Shown: positions 9,493 through 19,779, counted from the first letter of the stretch. The stretch is 39,965 nucleotides of DNA from Eubacteriales bacterium (GCA_045638125.1 JAZUAS010000094.1:1-39965); one strand, 5' to 3'. The notes: a model not told the origin generated them from the letters alone. Numbers and translations are program-made.

Positions 9493-10884
9493 ATGATCGA
9501 AAAATTACCGAGTTATTTTAAAGACCCCCACGTTTTAGCAAAAATCGGCGACAATGAGGGCGTGCTTGTGGCGCTTTCGGGCGGAGCGGATTCCTCTGCT
9601 CTTTTGAGTCTTTTATGCAGGCTCAGAGAGAAAAAGAGCTTTCCTCTATACGCCGCCCACGTAAACCACAACATACGCACCGAGCTGTATGAAAACGAAG
9701 CGGCAAGGGATGAGGACTTTTGCAGAGAGCTTTGCGAAAAATTGGGCGTTGAGCTTTTCATACACAGTGTCAACGTGCCGACCTTGGCAGAAAGCGAGGG
9801 CAAAAGCCTTGAGACCGCCGCAAGGGACGTGCGATACGAATTTTTCGCGAGCATCATGAAGCAAAAGGGGATCAAAATTCTCGCCACGGCACACAATGCC
9901 GACGACAATTTTGAGACTCAGCTATTTAATTTGTGCCGAGGGTGCGGCACCGCAGGAATATGCGGCATCCCCGAAACACGCGCTCTTGACGGTGAGGGAG
10001 AACTTATTACCGTGCGCCCTCTGCTATCAGCTACAAAGCAAGAGATACTTGAGCTTTGCGATGCATGGGATATAAGCTACGTCACCGACAGTACGAATTT
10101 TGAGGACGACTGCACAAGAAACAAGCTTCGGCTCAATATAATCCCCCAGCTTCGGGAGATCTTCCCGTCAGCTCAAAAGGCGGCGGCAAGGCTTTCCGCA
10201 TCCGCCAAGGAGGATTCGGACTTCATTCTTTTCGAGGCGTCTCGATTTATAAGCGAGTGCGACGGTGGCATAAGCCAAAGCAAGCTTTGCGCTCTTCATC
10301 CGTCGGTAGCCAAAAGAGCTATAATGCTATGTTATGAGCGCGCCTTTTCGGCAGGTCTTGAACGCATTCACATTGAGGACGTGCTTCGATTTGCCGCATG
10401 CGGCAAAAACGGTTCTATTTCCCTCCCGCACGGCACACTGGCGGTGTTTGAGGATGGAATCTTGACCTTTCGCCCCGATTTTGGCAAGGAAAAGACCGCG
10501 AAAAGCTACAAAATCCCTCTTTTGGAGGGTTTGACAACGATAGACGGTACAAGCTTTGCGGTCTGCGTCACGAAAAACGGCAACGCGCCTCAAATTGACG
10601 AGGGCATTTACACGCTTTACGCATCCGCTCACGTCAACGTCGACATAGGCTCTCTTTATGCCGCTAACCGCAAGGAGGGCGACGTCATCCTTGACGGAAA
10701 GATCCACAAGCGCATAAAAAAGCTGATGTGCGACAAAAAGGTGCCGCTCGGCGACAGAGCTTCTCTCCCCCTTATATTATCGGGCGACGAGATAGTCTAC
10801 GTTCCCCTTTGCGCCGTATCCGACGAGGTGCGTGCAAAAAGCAACAACTTTGAATTGAAAATTTCAATATATAAAAAAATCTAA
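9493..10884 (+). CDS. tilS: tRNA(Ile)-lysidine synthetase
   Basis: Has the PP-loop SGGADS near the N-terminus; 463 aa counted from ATG 9493. It lies in the tilS-hpt-ftsH order typical of Firmicutes. The ORF-track start at 9382 overlaps dnaB. Confidence 0.9.
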   Translation: MIEKLPSYFKDPHVLAKIGDNEGVLVALSGGADSSALLSLLCRLREKKSFPLYAAHVNHNIRTELYENEAARDEDFCRELCEKLGVELFIHSVNVPTLAESEGKSLETAARDVRYEFFASIMKQKGIKILATAHNADDNFETQLFNLCRGCGTAGICGIPETRALDGEGELITVRPLLSATKQEILELCDAWDISYVTDSTNFEDDCTRNKLRLNIIPQLREIFPSAQKAAARLSASAKEDSDFILFEASRFISECDGGISQSKLCALHPSVAKRAIMLCYERAFSAGLERIHIEDVLRFAACGKNGSISLPHGTLAVFEDGILTFRPDFGKEKTAKSYKIPLLEGLTTIDGTSFAVCVTKNGNAPQIDEGIYTLYASAHVNVDIGSLYAANRKEGDVILDGKIHKRIKKLMCDKKVPLGDRASLPLILSGDEIVYVPLCAVSDEVRAKSNNFELKISIYKKI

Positions 10885-10910
10885 ATCTTGAAAACAGAGG
10901 AGAATCAATT

Positions 10911-11459
10911 ATGCTTCAGGACATTGAAAGAGTAATGGTCAGCGAGGAAGAGCTGGACAAAATAACAACAAAACTCGCCAATCAGATAAACAAGGATTAC
11001 GCAGGCTCTAAAAAGCCTCTTATAATCATAACCATTCTCAAAGGCTCTCTTATTTTTGCTTCCGATCTCATGAAAAAGATAGAGCTTCCCTTGGAACTCG
11101 AATTCATGAAGGTCTCGTCATACGGCGCGGGCACGAAAAACTCGGGCGAGATCAAGATACATTTGGATCTTATGAGAGAAAATCTGGAGCAGTACGATCT
11201 CCTTATCATAGAGGATATAGTTGATAGCGGACGCACTCTGTCCCGACTCACCCAGCTCCTCAAAAACAGAAACGCCAGCAGCGTAAAGACCTGCACCCTG
11301 CTCGACAAGCCCTCTCGCCGCGAGGTTCCCTTTGAGCCCGACTATTGCGGTCAGGTGATCGAGGACGAGTTTGTTGTAGGTTACGGTCTTGACTATAACG
11401 AAAAATACAGAAATCTCCCCTTCGTGGGCGTGCTTAAAAGAAGCGTTTACGAGAACTAA
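10911..11459 (+). CDS. hpt: Hypoxanthine phosphoribosyltransferase
   Basis: 182 aa with the PRPP-binding loop LLIIEDIVDSGRTL. A GAGGAG RBS is present. Confidence 0.93.
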   Translation: MLQDIERVMVSEEELDKITTKLANQINKDYAGSKKPLIIITILKGSLIFASDLMKKIELPLELEFMKVSSYGAGTKNSGEIKIHLDLMRENLEQYDLLIIEDIVDSGRTLSRLTQLLKNRNASSVKTCTLLDKPSRREVPFEPDYCGQVIEDEFVVGYGLDYNEKYRNLPFVGVLKRSVYEN

Positions 11460-11615
11460 AATTGCGTCAACCTTCACACGACTATAACATAAAATTAACA
11501 TAACAATGCTATACTCTTATAGGTGTAAAATTAAATTTTTCATCTACATTGAAAATGCCTATTTAGGGCAATAATAAATAGAGACATTCTCAAACCAACA
11601 TAAACGGAGGACTAA

Positions 11616-13739
11616 ATGAAGAAAAACGTAAAGCAGATACTATTTTACGTTGCTTTGATTGCGGTGGTCATCATCGTATGCGTGCTTCTTTTCAAGCAAA
11701 GCGACGTAAATATGAAATATTCCGACGTGGTCGAGGCGTTCAAGACCGAGCAGGTTGACAGCTTCGTTCTCGGCAACGACAACGTGCTGAAACTTACATT
11801 TAAGGAAGGCTCGCAGATCGCTCAGGAATTCGGCTCGAAAAATAGCGACGGCAAGTACGTGGCAAGCTACAAGTTATCCAGCCTCGGCATCTTCCACGCC
11901 GACCTTGGCGCACTTATCGTAGATCAGATAGCCGCAGGAACTCTTGAGGGCGAATACGTACCTCCCGCAGAATACGCTGCATGGCTCTCCTATATTCCCG
12001 TCATTCTCGTTGTGGTAGCGCTTATCGTAATGTATATCATTATGACCCGCTCGATAAGCAACGGAGGTCCCGGCAAGATGAACAATTTTGCAAAATCCCG
12101 TGCAAAAATGGCAACTCCTGACGATAAGGACAAGGTGACCTTCCGCGACGTTGCAGGTGCTGACGAGGAAAAGGAAGAGCTTGAGGAGATCGTCGAATTC
12201 CTTAAAGATCCCTCAAAATTCGCAAAGCTTGGCGCAAAGATTCCCCATGGCGTATTGCTCATGGGCCCTCCCGGTACGGGTAAGACACTGCTCGCAAAGG
12301 CGGTTGCAGGAGAGGCGGGTGTTCCCTTCTATTCTATCTCGGGTTCGGATTTCGTTGAGATGTACGTCGGCGTAGGTGCGTCGAGAGTACGCGACCTTTT
12401 CGACACCGCGAGAAAATCTCCCGCATCTATCGTATTTATCGACGAGATCGACGCAGTCGGTCGTCACAGAGGCGCAGGTCTCGGCGGCGGTCACGACGAG
12501 CGCGAGCAGACATTGAACCAGCTCCTTGTTGAAATGGACGGCTTCGGCTCTCACGACGGCATTATCGTCATCGCCGCAACCAACCGTCCCGACATTCTTG
12601 ACCCCGCGCTTCTCCGTCCCGGTCGTTTTGACAGACAGATCACTGTAAACTATCCCGACATTAACGGTCGAGTTGAGATACTGAAGGTACACTCCAGAAA
12701 TAAGCCCCTCGAAGGCTCGGTCGACCTCAAGGAGATCGCGCGCATGACCGTAGGCTTTACGGGAGCAGACCTTGCTAACCTGCTTAACGAGGCGGCGCTT
12801 CTCGCAACGAGACGCGGCAAGAGCCTTGTTGGTATGGACGACATCTCCGACGCATTCATCAAGGTAATAATGGGTCCCAAGAAGAAATCTCGCTTTGCTA
12901 CTATGAAGTACGAGGAAAAGAAAAATACTGCTTACCACGAGGCAGGACACGCAATAATAGATTATCATCTTAATCTCGACCCCGTACAGCAAATAACTAT
13001 CATCCCTAGCGGAAGAGCGCTTGGATATACGCTTAACGCGCCCCAAGATGATAAAAATAGCGTGTATAAAAGTGAGCTTCAGAAAGAAATTTGCGCCCTT
13101 CTCGGCGGTAGAGCTGCGGAAGAGATTATCAACGGTGATGTAAGCGGTGGCGCATCAAGTGACATAGAGCGTGCTACCAAGATAGCAAAGAATATGGTTA
13201 TGCGACTTGGCATGTCCGACGTTCTCGGCCCCAGAGCTTACGGAAACGACCAGGGTGAGGTATTCCTTGGTAGAGATTTCTCGACTTCTCAGGATTATTC
13301 CGAGGAGATCGCTGCAAAGATAGATAATGAGATAAACACTATTATCAACAATGCCTACAAAAAGGCTAAAGAAATACTCAAGAGCGATATCCAGCATCTC
13401 CACTTCATCGCAGAATTTTTGCTTAAGAACGAGGTCATGGACGGCGATCAGTTCAAGGCTGTGATGGAAAGCGAAGAGCCCACAATGGAGGAAATCGAGG
13501 CTATTGCCGAGGCGAAGAAGCAGAAGAGCGCCGATGATAACAAGGCGCGCGAGCTCGAAAATGCCGAGAAGGCAAAGGCCGAAGCCGAGGCTGCTGCACA
13601 AGCAGAGGCTGAAGGTAAGACCGAAGACGAAGCAGAAAGCAAAAATCTCAACACAGAGGCAGTTGAGGATGGTGAGTCCAAAGATGCGGAGGCTTCAAAC
13701 GAGGCGGAGTCAGACGGCGATAGTGAATCACAGTCCTAA
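11616..13739 (+). CDS. ftsH: ATP-dependent zinc metalloprotease FtsH
   Basis: Two TM helices. Walker A is GPPGTGKT, Walker B is IVFIDEID, and the zinc motif is HEAGHA. It has a long acidic, Ala/Glu-rich C-terminal tail. Confidence 0.97.
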   Translation: MKKNVKQILFYVALIAVVIIVCVLLFKQSDVNMKYSDVVEAFKTEQVDSFVLGNDNVLKLTFKEGSQIAQEFGSKNSDGKYVASYKLSSLGIFHADLGALIVDQIAAGTLEGEYVPPAEYAAWLSYIPVILVVVALIVMYIIMTRSISNGGPGKMNNFAKSRAKMATPDDKDKVTFRDVAGADEEKEELEEIVEFLKDPSKFAKLGAKIPHGVLLMGPPGTGKTLLAKAVAGEAGVPFYSISGSDFVEMYVGVGASRVRDLFDTARKSPASIVFIDEIDAVGRHRGAGLGGGHDEREQTLNQLLVEMDGFGSHDGIIVIAATNRPDILDPALLRPGRFDRQITVNYPDINGRVEILKVHSRNKPLEGSVDLKEIARMTVGFTGADLANLLNEAALLATRRGKSLVGMDDISDAFIKVIMGPKKKSRFATMKYEEKKNTAYHEAGHAIIDYHLNLDPVQQITIIPSGRALGYTLNAPQDDKNSVYKSELQKEICALLGGRAAEEIINGDVSGGASSDIERATKIAKNMVMRLGMSDVLGPRAYGNDQGEVFLGRDFSTSQDYSEEIAAKIDNEINTIINNAYKKAKEILKSDIQHLHFIAEFLLKNEVMDGDQFKAVMESEEPTMEEIEAIAEAKKQKSADDNKARELENAEKAKAEAEAAAQAEAEGKTEDEAESKNLNTEAVEDGESKDAEASNEAESDGDSESQS

Positions 13740-13776
13740 CCCAACTCGGAAAACGAATAATTAATCAAAAATCATA

Positions 13777-13810
13777 CCACGCGCGGAAAAAATCTGCGCG
13801 TGGTTTTCTT
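13777..13810 (+). terminator. Rho-independent terminator after ftsH
   Basis: CCACGCGC - 11-nt loop - GCGCGTGG, followed by TTTTCTT. Confidence 0.7.
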
Positions 13811-13864
13811 CATTCCAACAAATTCGAGCAAAAGCAACAACTTTCAACAAATTTCTCAAAAGTA

Positions 13865-13893
13865 TTGCATTTTTTCTTGGCACATGATATAAT
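13865..13893 (+). promoter_or_regulatory. Sigma-A-type promoter of the fakB-fakA operon
   Basis: TTGCAT, 17-nt spacer, TGa-TATAAT. Three CAACAA repeats lie just upstream (13816-13853). Confidence 0.55.
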
Positions 13894-13983
13894 AATATGA
13901 AGTTTTATGCGATTTGAACACCACAATACAGCTTGTATAATCGCGATCAGATCTTACAAAAATCTGTTTATAGGAGCGTTATT

Positions 13984-14916
13984 ATGAAAAAGCTTATAAT
14001 TTTACCTGACGTCACCTGTGACCTGTCCCAAGAATTAAGAGAACTCGTAGGTCTTGAGGACTATATTCGAGGATACGTACACATTAACGATCAAAGTCTC
14101 AGAACCACCTTGGATTGGGATAATATTTCCCGCGACGAATTTTACAAAAAGCTGTCCAACAAGAAAAACAGCGTAAGCAGTGCGGCGGCAAGCCCAGAGG
14201 AATATTACCAGATCTTCAAGAGCTACGTCGAGCAGGGCTACGACGTTCTCAGCATGTCCATATCCTCAAAAATAAGCGCGACCTACAATATCGCATCATC
14301 TGCGGCAAAGCGAATCAAGGAGGACTACCCCGAAAGCAATATCTACTCCTTTGACTCTCTCAGAATGTCGGGTTCTTTTGGCCTCTTGGTGCTTTACGCT
14401 TGCGAAATGAGAAACAACGGCAAGAGTCTTGACGAGATCGTAGCATGGCTGGAGGAAAATAAGGGACGTGTTCATCAGATGGGTCCTATCGACGATCTCA
14501 CCTTCGTAGCTCGCCGCGGACAGATCTCCAGCGGCAAGGCATTTATGGGTAATCTTGCAGGCATCAAGCCTCTCGGCGACTCCAATACTGACGGATACGT
14601 TTCGGTTTTGGCTAAGGTCAAGGGGATCAAAAAGGCTATGGACGCTACCGTAGAATACGTTAAAGCAATGGCGACCGACATAGAGGACCAGTACGTCCTT
14701 ATCATGCACAGCGACAGAGAAAAATACGCACACGAGTTAAAGGCGAAGCTTGAAGAAAAGATTTCCTGTCGTCGCATAGTCGTCAGCGACGTTTTCAGCG
14801 GTTGCGGCACCAATATCGGCCCGGGAATGATCTGCACATATTTTATGGGCGAGAGCGTTTCAAGTGATTCCTCCAAAGAAAAGGAAGCTTTGAATAATTG
14901 CATCGCTAATCTTTAA
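13984..14916 (+). CDS. fakB: DegV-family fatty-acid-binding protein (FakB-type)
   Basis: 310 aa counted from ATG 13984, with a TAGGAG RBS. The overall sequence is DegV-like and it lies immediately upstream of a Dak2 (FakA-type) gene. Confidence 0.8.
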   Translation: MKKLIILPDVTCDLSQELRELVGLEDYIRGYVHINDQSLRTTLDWDNISRDEFYKKLSNKKNSVSSAAASPEEYYQIFKSYVEQGYDVLSMSISSKISATYNIASSAAKRIKEDYPESNIYSFDSLRMSGSFGLLVLYACEMRNNGKSLDEIVAWLEENKGRVHQMGPIDDLTFVARRGQISSGKAFMGNLAGIKPLGDSNTDGYVSVLAKVKGIKKAMDATVEYVKAMATDIEDQYVLIMHSDREKYAHELKAKLEEKISCRRIVVSDVFSGCGTNIGPGMICTYFMGESVSSDSSKEKEALNNCIANL

Positions 14917-14945
14917 CAAAAATAATAATAACGGATAATAAGTAA

Positions 14946-16583
14946 ATGTTAAAAAGAATTGACGGATTGTACTTTGTAGACCTGATAAACAGTGGAGTCA
15001 AAAACCTTGACAGATACAGAAGTACACTAAACGACCTCAACGTATTTCCCGTTCCGGACGGTGACACGGGAACCAATATGGTCATGACTCTCAGATACGG
15101 ATATGAAGCGGTAAGAAACACCAACGGCTCTCTTTCCGAAATATCCAGAATCTTTTCTACCGCCGCCGTTTTCGGCGCGAGAGGAAACTCGGGAGTTATC
15201 GTATCACAGTTTTTCAAGGGTGTCTCAGAGGCATTCGATGGATTAGATGACGCAGACAGCGAGGCGCTTTCCAAAGCGTTGGAGAACGGGTGCAAGGCGG
15301 CATACGCAGCAGTGGCAACTCCGGTGGAAGGAACAATGCTTACCGTTCTTAAGGATGCTTCTGTTGCGGTGTCAAAAGCGCTTCCATTAAACAGCATCGA
15401 TGAAGTAATAAACATTTTCCTTGACGAGGCGCGCATATCTCTGCAAAACACTCCAAACCTCCTGCCCATTCTGAAAAAAGCCAGTGTAGTAGACAGTGGC
15501 GGAAGCGGAATCGTGTGTTTCTTTGAAGGCGTCAAGAAATATCTGGACGGAGAAACTATCGATCACGCAGATGACCAGCACGAGGAAAAATACGTTGATT
15601 TTTCAAAAATAAACAAGGACACCTCCTTTGATTACGGTTACTGCACCGAGGGGCTGATCCAGCTGAAAATGGATGCCTGCGATTTCGACCACTCCGCATT
15701 TACCCATCATCTTACCGAAATCGGAGAGTCGGTCGTATCCTCTCTTGAGGGCGACAAGGTCAAGATACACGTTCACACAAAGGATCTGGGACAGCTTATG
15801 TCTTTCTGCCAGAGCTTTGGAGAATTTTTGACGGTCAAAATAGAAAATATGACCGTGCAAAATCTTGAGAAATCACAGAATGACAATGAAGCTCAAAAAT
15901 TCTTGTATTCTGAAGCCCGCGAATCTGGAAGCTTTGGCGTAGTGGCGGTCGCAACCAACGCATATATGCAACAAAAGTTTTTCGATATGGGAGCCGATGT
16001 GGTTATTTTAAGCGAGCTTGCTCCCTCGTCCCGTGATTTTTTGGATGCGTTCGAGCTTATAGATTCCAAAGAAACGATCATTTTCCCGAACTCCTCAAAC
16101 TCTATCCTTGCGGCAGAGCAAGCGGGCGAGATGTATGAGGGCGGAAAAATACACGTAGCAAAAACCTCATCTGCGGCAGAGTGCTATGCGTCGCTTTCGA
16201 TAATAGATTTCGATTCCGACACCCAAAGCGCCCTCGATCAGATAGAAGAAACGATTTCAAACATCTATCAGCTTTCGATATACCGCTCATCGGCAGACAA
16301 AAAATACGGAAGCAAAACTATCCGTGAAAACGATTATTTTGCTCTTTCAGGCAAAAAAATATTGAGCGTTGGCGAAGATATTGACACTGTTATGAAAGGC
16401 TCTGTCACAAAAACACTTGAGCAGGGCGAATATTATGTTGTGACACTGTTTTTCGGAAAGAACATTCCTGCCGAAAGAGCCGAGGCTTTTTGCGATAAAA
16501 TATCCGAGCTTGGGTTCGACGTGGAGGTCTGCTCGGTATCCACTTTTGAAACATCATACGAATTAACTATAAATTTTGAATAA
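14946..16583 (+). CDS. fakA: Dak2-domain fatty acid kinase subunit (YloV/FakA-type)
   Basis: 545 aa. The N-terminal DhaL/Dak2 motif is FPVPDGDTGTNM. Size and domain order match YloV/FakA by recollection. Confidence 0.85.
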   Translation: MLKRIDGLYFVDLINSGVKNLDRYRSTLNDLNVFPVPDGDTGTNMVMTLRYGYEAVRNTNGSLSEISRIFSTAAVFGARGNSGVIVSQFFKGVSEAFDGLDDADSEALSKALENGCKAAYAAVATPVEGTMLTVLKDASVAVSKALPLNSIDEVINIFLDEARISLQNTPNLLPILKKASVVDSGGSGIVCFFEGVKKYLDGETIDHADDQHEEKYVDFSKINKDTSFDYGYCTEGLIQLKMDACDFDHSAFTHHLTEIGESVVSSLEGDKVKIHVHTKDLGQLMSFCQSFGEFLTVKIENMTVQNLEKSQNDNEAQKFLYSEARESGSFGVVAVATNAYMQQKFFDMGADVVILSELAPSSRDFLDAFELIDSKETIIFPNSSNSILAAEQAGEMYEGGKIHVAKTSSAAECYASLSIIDFDSDTQSALDQIEETISNIYQLSIYRSSADKKYGSKTIRENDYFALSGKKILSVGEDIDTVMKGSVTKTLEQGEYYVVTLFFGKNIPAERAEAFCDKISELGFDVEVCSVSTFETSYELTINFE

Positions 16584-16598
16584 CATTGGAGAAATATT

Positions 16599-18047
16599 AT
16601 GAAAAAACTGTCTAAAGGCTTACTGGTTCTTTACGGTTGCTCGGGACTTGGCGTAAATATGCTTAATATGATTATGGGATCATATCTGGTTTCCGCTCTG
16701 CAGATCGGTGGTTTCGCCGAAAAAGATGTCGGACTTTGGACCTATCTCGACACAGACCTGATCATCCCATTCATTTGGGTATTTATCGGTTTTTTCGCCA
16801 AGGCTTTGGACGGAATTATCGACCTCCCCTTCGCAACCTTTGCGGATAAGCTCAAGACCAAGCTCGGCAGAAGAAAGACCGGTATCCTCATAGGCTTTAT
16901 CCCCATGATGGTATCCTTCCTTCTCTTTCTCGTTACTCCCTTTGAGCCGGGATCTATTTTTAACGACGTAGCAAGCACTGTCTGGTACGGCGTGCTTCTC
17001 TGCTCGTTCTACACCTTCTACACTCTTACCATGCTTACCTACTACGCAACCTTCTCCGAGGTCTGCAGCAGCGAAAAGGAGCTTACCTTCCTTTCCAACA
17101 CCAAATCTGTATTCGACGTAGTATATATGAGCTTGGTTTACGCGCTATTCCCCGTATTCGTAAACGTACTCGGCTTCAACGTGCGTAACGTAGCGGTAAT
17201 GTTCTTCCCTCTCGTCTTCACTATGCTCATTCCCTTCTTCCTTCTCAAGGAAAATTACGAGGAGCAGCAAGAAATAAGAACCCTTACCCTTCGCTCCGCG
17301 CTATCCACCGCATTTAAGAATAAGACCTTTATCTATTGGATGTTCACATCCTCCATCACCGCTATCGGACTTCAGCTCTTCCTTGGCGGCATCAACGAGC
17401 TTTTCTCCAATACGGGACTTAACATGACCGTGGTTATGGCATCCTCCTTCGCTCCCGTTCCTCTTACCATTATGCTTTATAACTACTTTATAAAGAAAAA
17501 GGGACTTGGATTCGCATACAGATACGTTCTTCTTGTGTTTGCCGGCGGTATGGCTGTCATGCTTGCGTGTCTGTTTATCTCTCACCTACCCGCGCTTCTG
17601 CCCGAAAGCTCTCACATGCTCCCCGAGTTTGTGGTGAGCGCGCTTGAGTTCGTTATGAACAACAGTAGCACCATTCTTATGGTAATAGCACTAGTCGGCG
17701 GTATTGCGGTATCCTTCTCTCTCGGAGCATTCTTTGCGGTTACATATATGGTTCCCTCGCGTCTTGCTCAGCTTGAGTACGAGAGAAGCGGAAAGGGCGT
17801 AGCGCCCATGCTCTTCGCGGTTCAAGGACTCTTTGAGGGAATTGCGGCAGGTATCGCCACCGGCGTTATTCTGACCTTGCTCAAGCATTTTCAGCAGATC
17901 TGGCTCCTCCCCATTATCGTTATCGTTTGTTGCATCGTAGCGTTCATTATGTCCTTCAAGTTTGCAAGTGACGTTGCGTTCCTCGGCAAAAAAGATAAGT
18001 TTGCGGATGACGCTACGCTCCTCGGCAGGGAAAACAAGAAAGTCTAA
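16599..18047 (+). CDS. MFS transporter of the GPH (MelB/MFSD2-like) type
   Basis: 482 aa with about 12 TM segments. It has a GPH-style loop, DGIIDLPFATFADKLKTKLGRRK, after TM2. It starts 15 nt after fakA. Confidence 0.8.
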   Translation: MKKLSKGLLVLYGCSGLGVNMLNMIMGSYLVSALQIGGFAEKDVGLWTYLDTDLIIPFIWVFIGFFAKALDGIIDLPFATFADKLKTKLGRRKTGILIGFIPMMVSFLLFLVTPFEPGSIFNDVASTVWYGVLLCSFYTFYTLTMLTYYATFSEVCSSEKELTFLSNTKSVFDVVYMSLVYALFPVFVNVLGFNVRNVAVMFFPLVFTMLIPFFLLKENYEEQQEIRTLTLRSALSTAFKNKTFIYWMFTSSITAIGLQLFLGGINELFSNTGLNMTVVMASSFAPVPLTIMLYNYFIKKKGLGFAYRYVLLVFAGGMAVMLACLFISHLPALLPESSHMLPEFVVSALEFVMNNSSTILMVIALVGGIAVSFSLGAFFAVTYMVPSRLAQLEYERSGKGVAPMLFAVQGLFEGIAAGIATGVILTLLKHFQQIWLLPIIVIVCCIVAFIMSFKFASDVAFLGKKDKFADDATLLGRENKKV

Positions 18048-18055
18048 ATAAACGA

Positions 18056-18721
18056 GTGACCACGCTGATGATGTTAAACTTTTTTCGCTTATTCGGTCTT
18101 ATAACCGGATACCCGTTCCAGCTTATCTTCTTCAAAAGGCGCACCTTTTACGAGGACAAGAAAAACACGCACCTATTTACGGGCGGCAAGCTGATAATTT
18201 CCAATCACTTCAGTATAGTAGACTATATTTTAGAGGCTTTCATCGTTTTCCCGCGAAGACTTAACCCTATTACCGCTGAATTTGCTTACGAAAACAAATT
18301 CTTCAACTGGGGAATGAAATACTTCGGTTGCATCAAGGCGGATAGGATTACCCGAAGCATGAAATTTATGGATCAAGCCGCTGAAGTAATCAAAAAAGGA
18401 CAGCTCGTGCTGATATTCCCCGAGGGACACAACACGCCGGACGGAAAGATACACGAATTTAAGCATAGCTATCTCGTTATCGCTCACAGAGCTAAAGCGC
18501 CCATTATACCCATGGTGACCGACGGCGAATACGGAATCAAAAAAAGAGCTTCGGTAATCATCGGTCAAGAAATAGACGTTTCTCGTTTTTTTGATCCCGA
18601 CAAGCGCACCCCCTCCCGCGAAGAACTTGAGAAAGCCAACGATTACGTGTTTGGAAAGATTCTCGAGCTTAGAGAAGAGCTTGAACGTCGCAAAAACAAC
18701 AACAAAGGAGCTTCAAAATGA
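18056..18721 (+). CDS. PlsC/LPLAT-family acyltransferase
   Basis: Has the HX4D motif NHFSIVD and an FPEG motif. The start is GTG 18056 or ATG 18068/18071. It lies 8 nt after the MFS stop. Confidence 0.8.
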   Translation: MTTLMMLNFFRLFGLITGYPFQLIFFKRRTFYEDKKNTHLFTGGKLIISNHFSIVDYILEAFIVFPRRLNPITAEFAYENKFFNWGMKYFGCIKADRITRSMKFMDQAAEVIKKGQLVLIFPEGHNTPDGKIHEFKHSYLVIAHRAKAPIIPMVTDGEYGIKKRASVIIGQEIDVSRFFDPDKRTPSREELEKANDYVFGKILELREELERRKNNNKGASK

Positions 18722-19722
18722 TAATTACTGATATTATCACTCATCCTGCCTTCATTTGGTCAGTATTAGGACTCGCAATATCGGGGCTTGCGTTTTGGGC
18801 AACCAGCTACGTCGTTGCTTCCTATTGCGTATATGATCAGACTCTGCGGAACAAAAAACGCGAGTATTGGGGAAGAAATTTGCCCGAGGATATGAACGAA
18901 GACTCCCAAAAAATGTATGAGACCGGCATCGCCTGGAGTCAAGAAAACGTCCAATACAAAAAGGACGTACATATAGTCAATAACGGACTGAATCTTTACG
19001 GCGAGTATTACGATTTCGGCAGTGACAGGTGCGTTATGATCTTGTCGGGCAGAACCGAGTGTCTGATATACGGTTACTATTTTGCGATACCTTACGCTAA
19101 ACACGACTTTAACGTGCTTGTGATCGATGCCCGTGCGCACGGTCTTAGCGACGGTGAATTCAATACCGTTGGATTTGAGGAAAGCGGTGACGACATCGCG
19201 TGGGTGAATTATTTGCAGAAAGATGTGGGTGTGAAATCAGTAATCTTTCACGGAATATGTATCGGAGCGGCGGGCGGTATGCTCGCGCTGACCTCTGAGA
19301 ACTGTCCCGACTGTGTAGACGGAATAGTTACCGAGGGTATGTTCCCTAACTTTGGCGAATCGGTCAAAAACCACTTAATAGAAAGAAAAAAGCCGGTATT
19401 TATCTTTTTGGATATGATAAACGGCTGGATGAAGCACTACACGGGACATTCAATGAAAAAAGGTCCTATCGACGTCATTCACAAGCTTGACAAGCCTCTC
19501 CTTATGCTCCACAGCAAGGAGGACAGATATTCGACTCCCGAATTTGCCCAAAAGCTCTTTGACAAAGCGGGGTGTGAGAACAAAAAGCTGGTCTGGTTCG
19601 ACCACGGAAAACACTCTTTTGTCAGAGTTAATAATACCGAGGGATACGACGCAGCTATTGCGGATTTCCTTGCCGACATATACAAGGACAAGGATTTAGC
19701 AAAGGAAGAAGCTTCCGTATAA
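18718..19722 (+). CDS. Membrane-anchored alpha/beta-fold hydrolase/acyltransferase with a Cys in the nucleophile elbow
   Basis: Has an N-terminal TM helix. The nucleophile elbow is HGICIGAAG (Cys181, codon 19258-19260). Candidate acid and base residues are D269 (HSKEDRY) and H299 (HGKHSF). It overlaps the upstream gene by ATGA. Confidence 0.75.
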   Translation: MIITDIITHPAFIWSVLGLAISGLAFWATSYVVASYCVYDQTLRNKKREYWGRNLPEDMNEDSQKMYETGIAWSQENVQYKKDVHIVNNGLNLYGEYYDFGSDRCVMILSGRTECLIYGYYFAIPYAKHDFNVLVIDARAHGLSDGEFNTVGFEESGDDIAWVNYLQKDVGVKSVIFHGICIGAAGGMLALTSENCPDCVDGIVTEGMFPNFGESVKNHLIERKKPVFIFLDMINGWMKHYTGHSMKKGPIDVIHKLDKPLLMLHSKEDRYSTPEFAQKLFDKAGCENKKLVWFDHGKHSFVRVNNTEGYDAAIADFLADIYKDKDLAKEEASV

Positions 19723-19735
19723 ATCGAACTAACAC

Positions 19736-19772
19736 AAAAACACCGTTGGATATAGCTCCAACGGTGTTTTTT
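19736..19772. terminator. Bidirectional Rho-independent terminator
   Basis: AAAAA-CACCGTTGG-atatagct-CCAACGGTG-TTTTTT, between convergent genes. Confidence 0.8.
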
Positions 19773-19779
19773 GTAAATT

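Noticed and set aside
12213-13046. 277-aa ORF antisense to ftsH, plus smaller antisense ORFs at 11990-13681
   Set aside because: These are shadow frames of a strongly supported ftsH. They have no RBS and no recognisable domains.
14296-15535. ORFs of 142-209 aa antisense to the fakB/fakA genes
   Set aside because: These are shadow ORFs. The plus-strand genes carry the DegV and Dak2 signatures and the operon signals.
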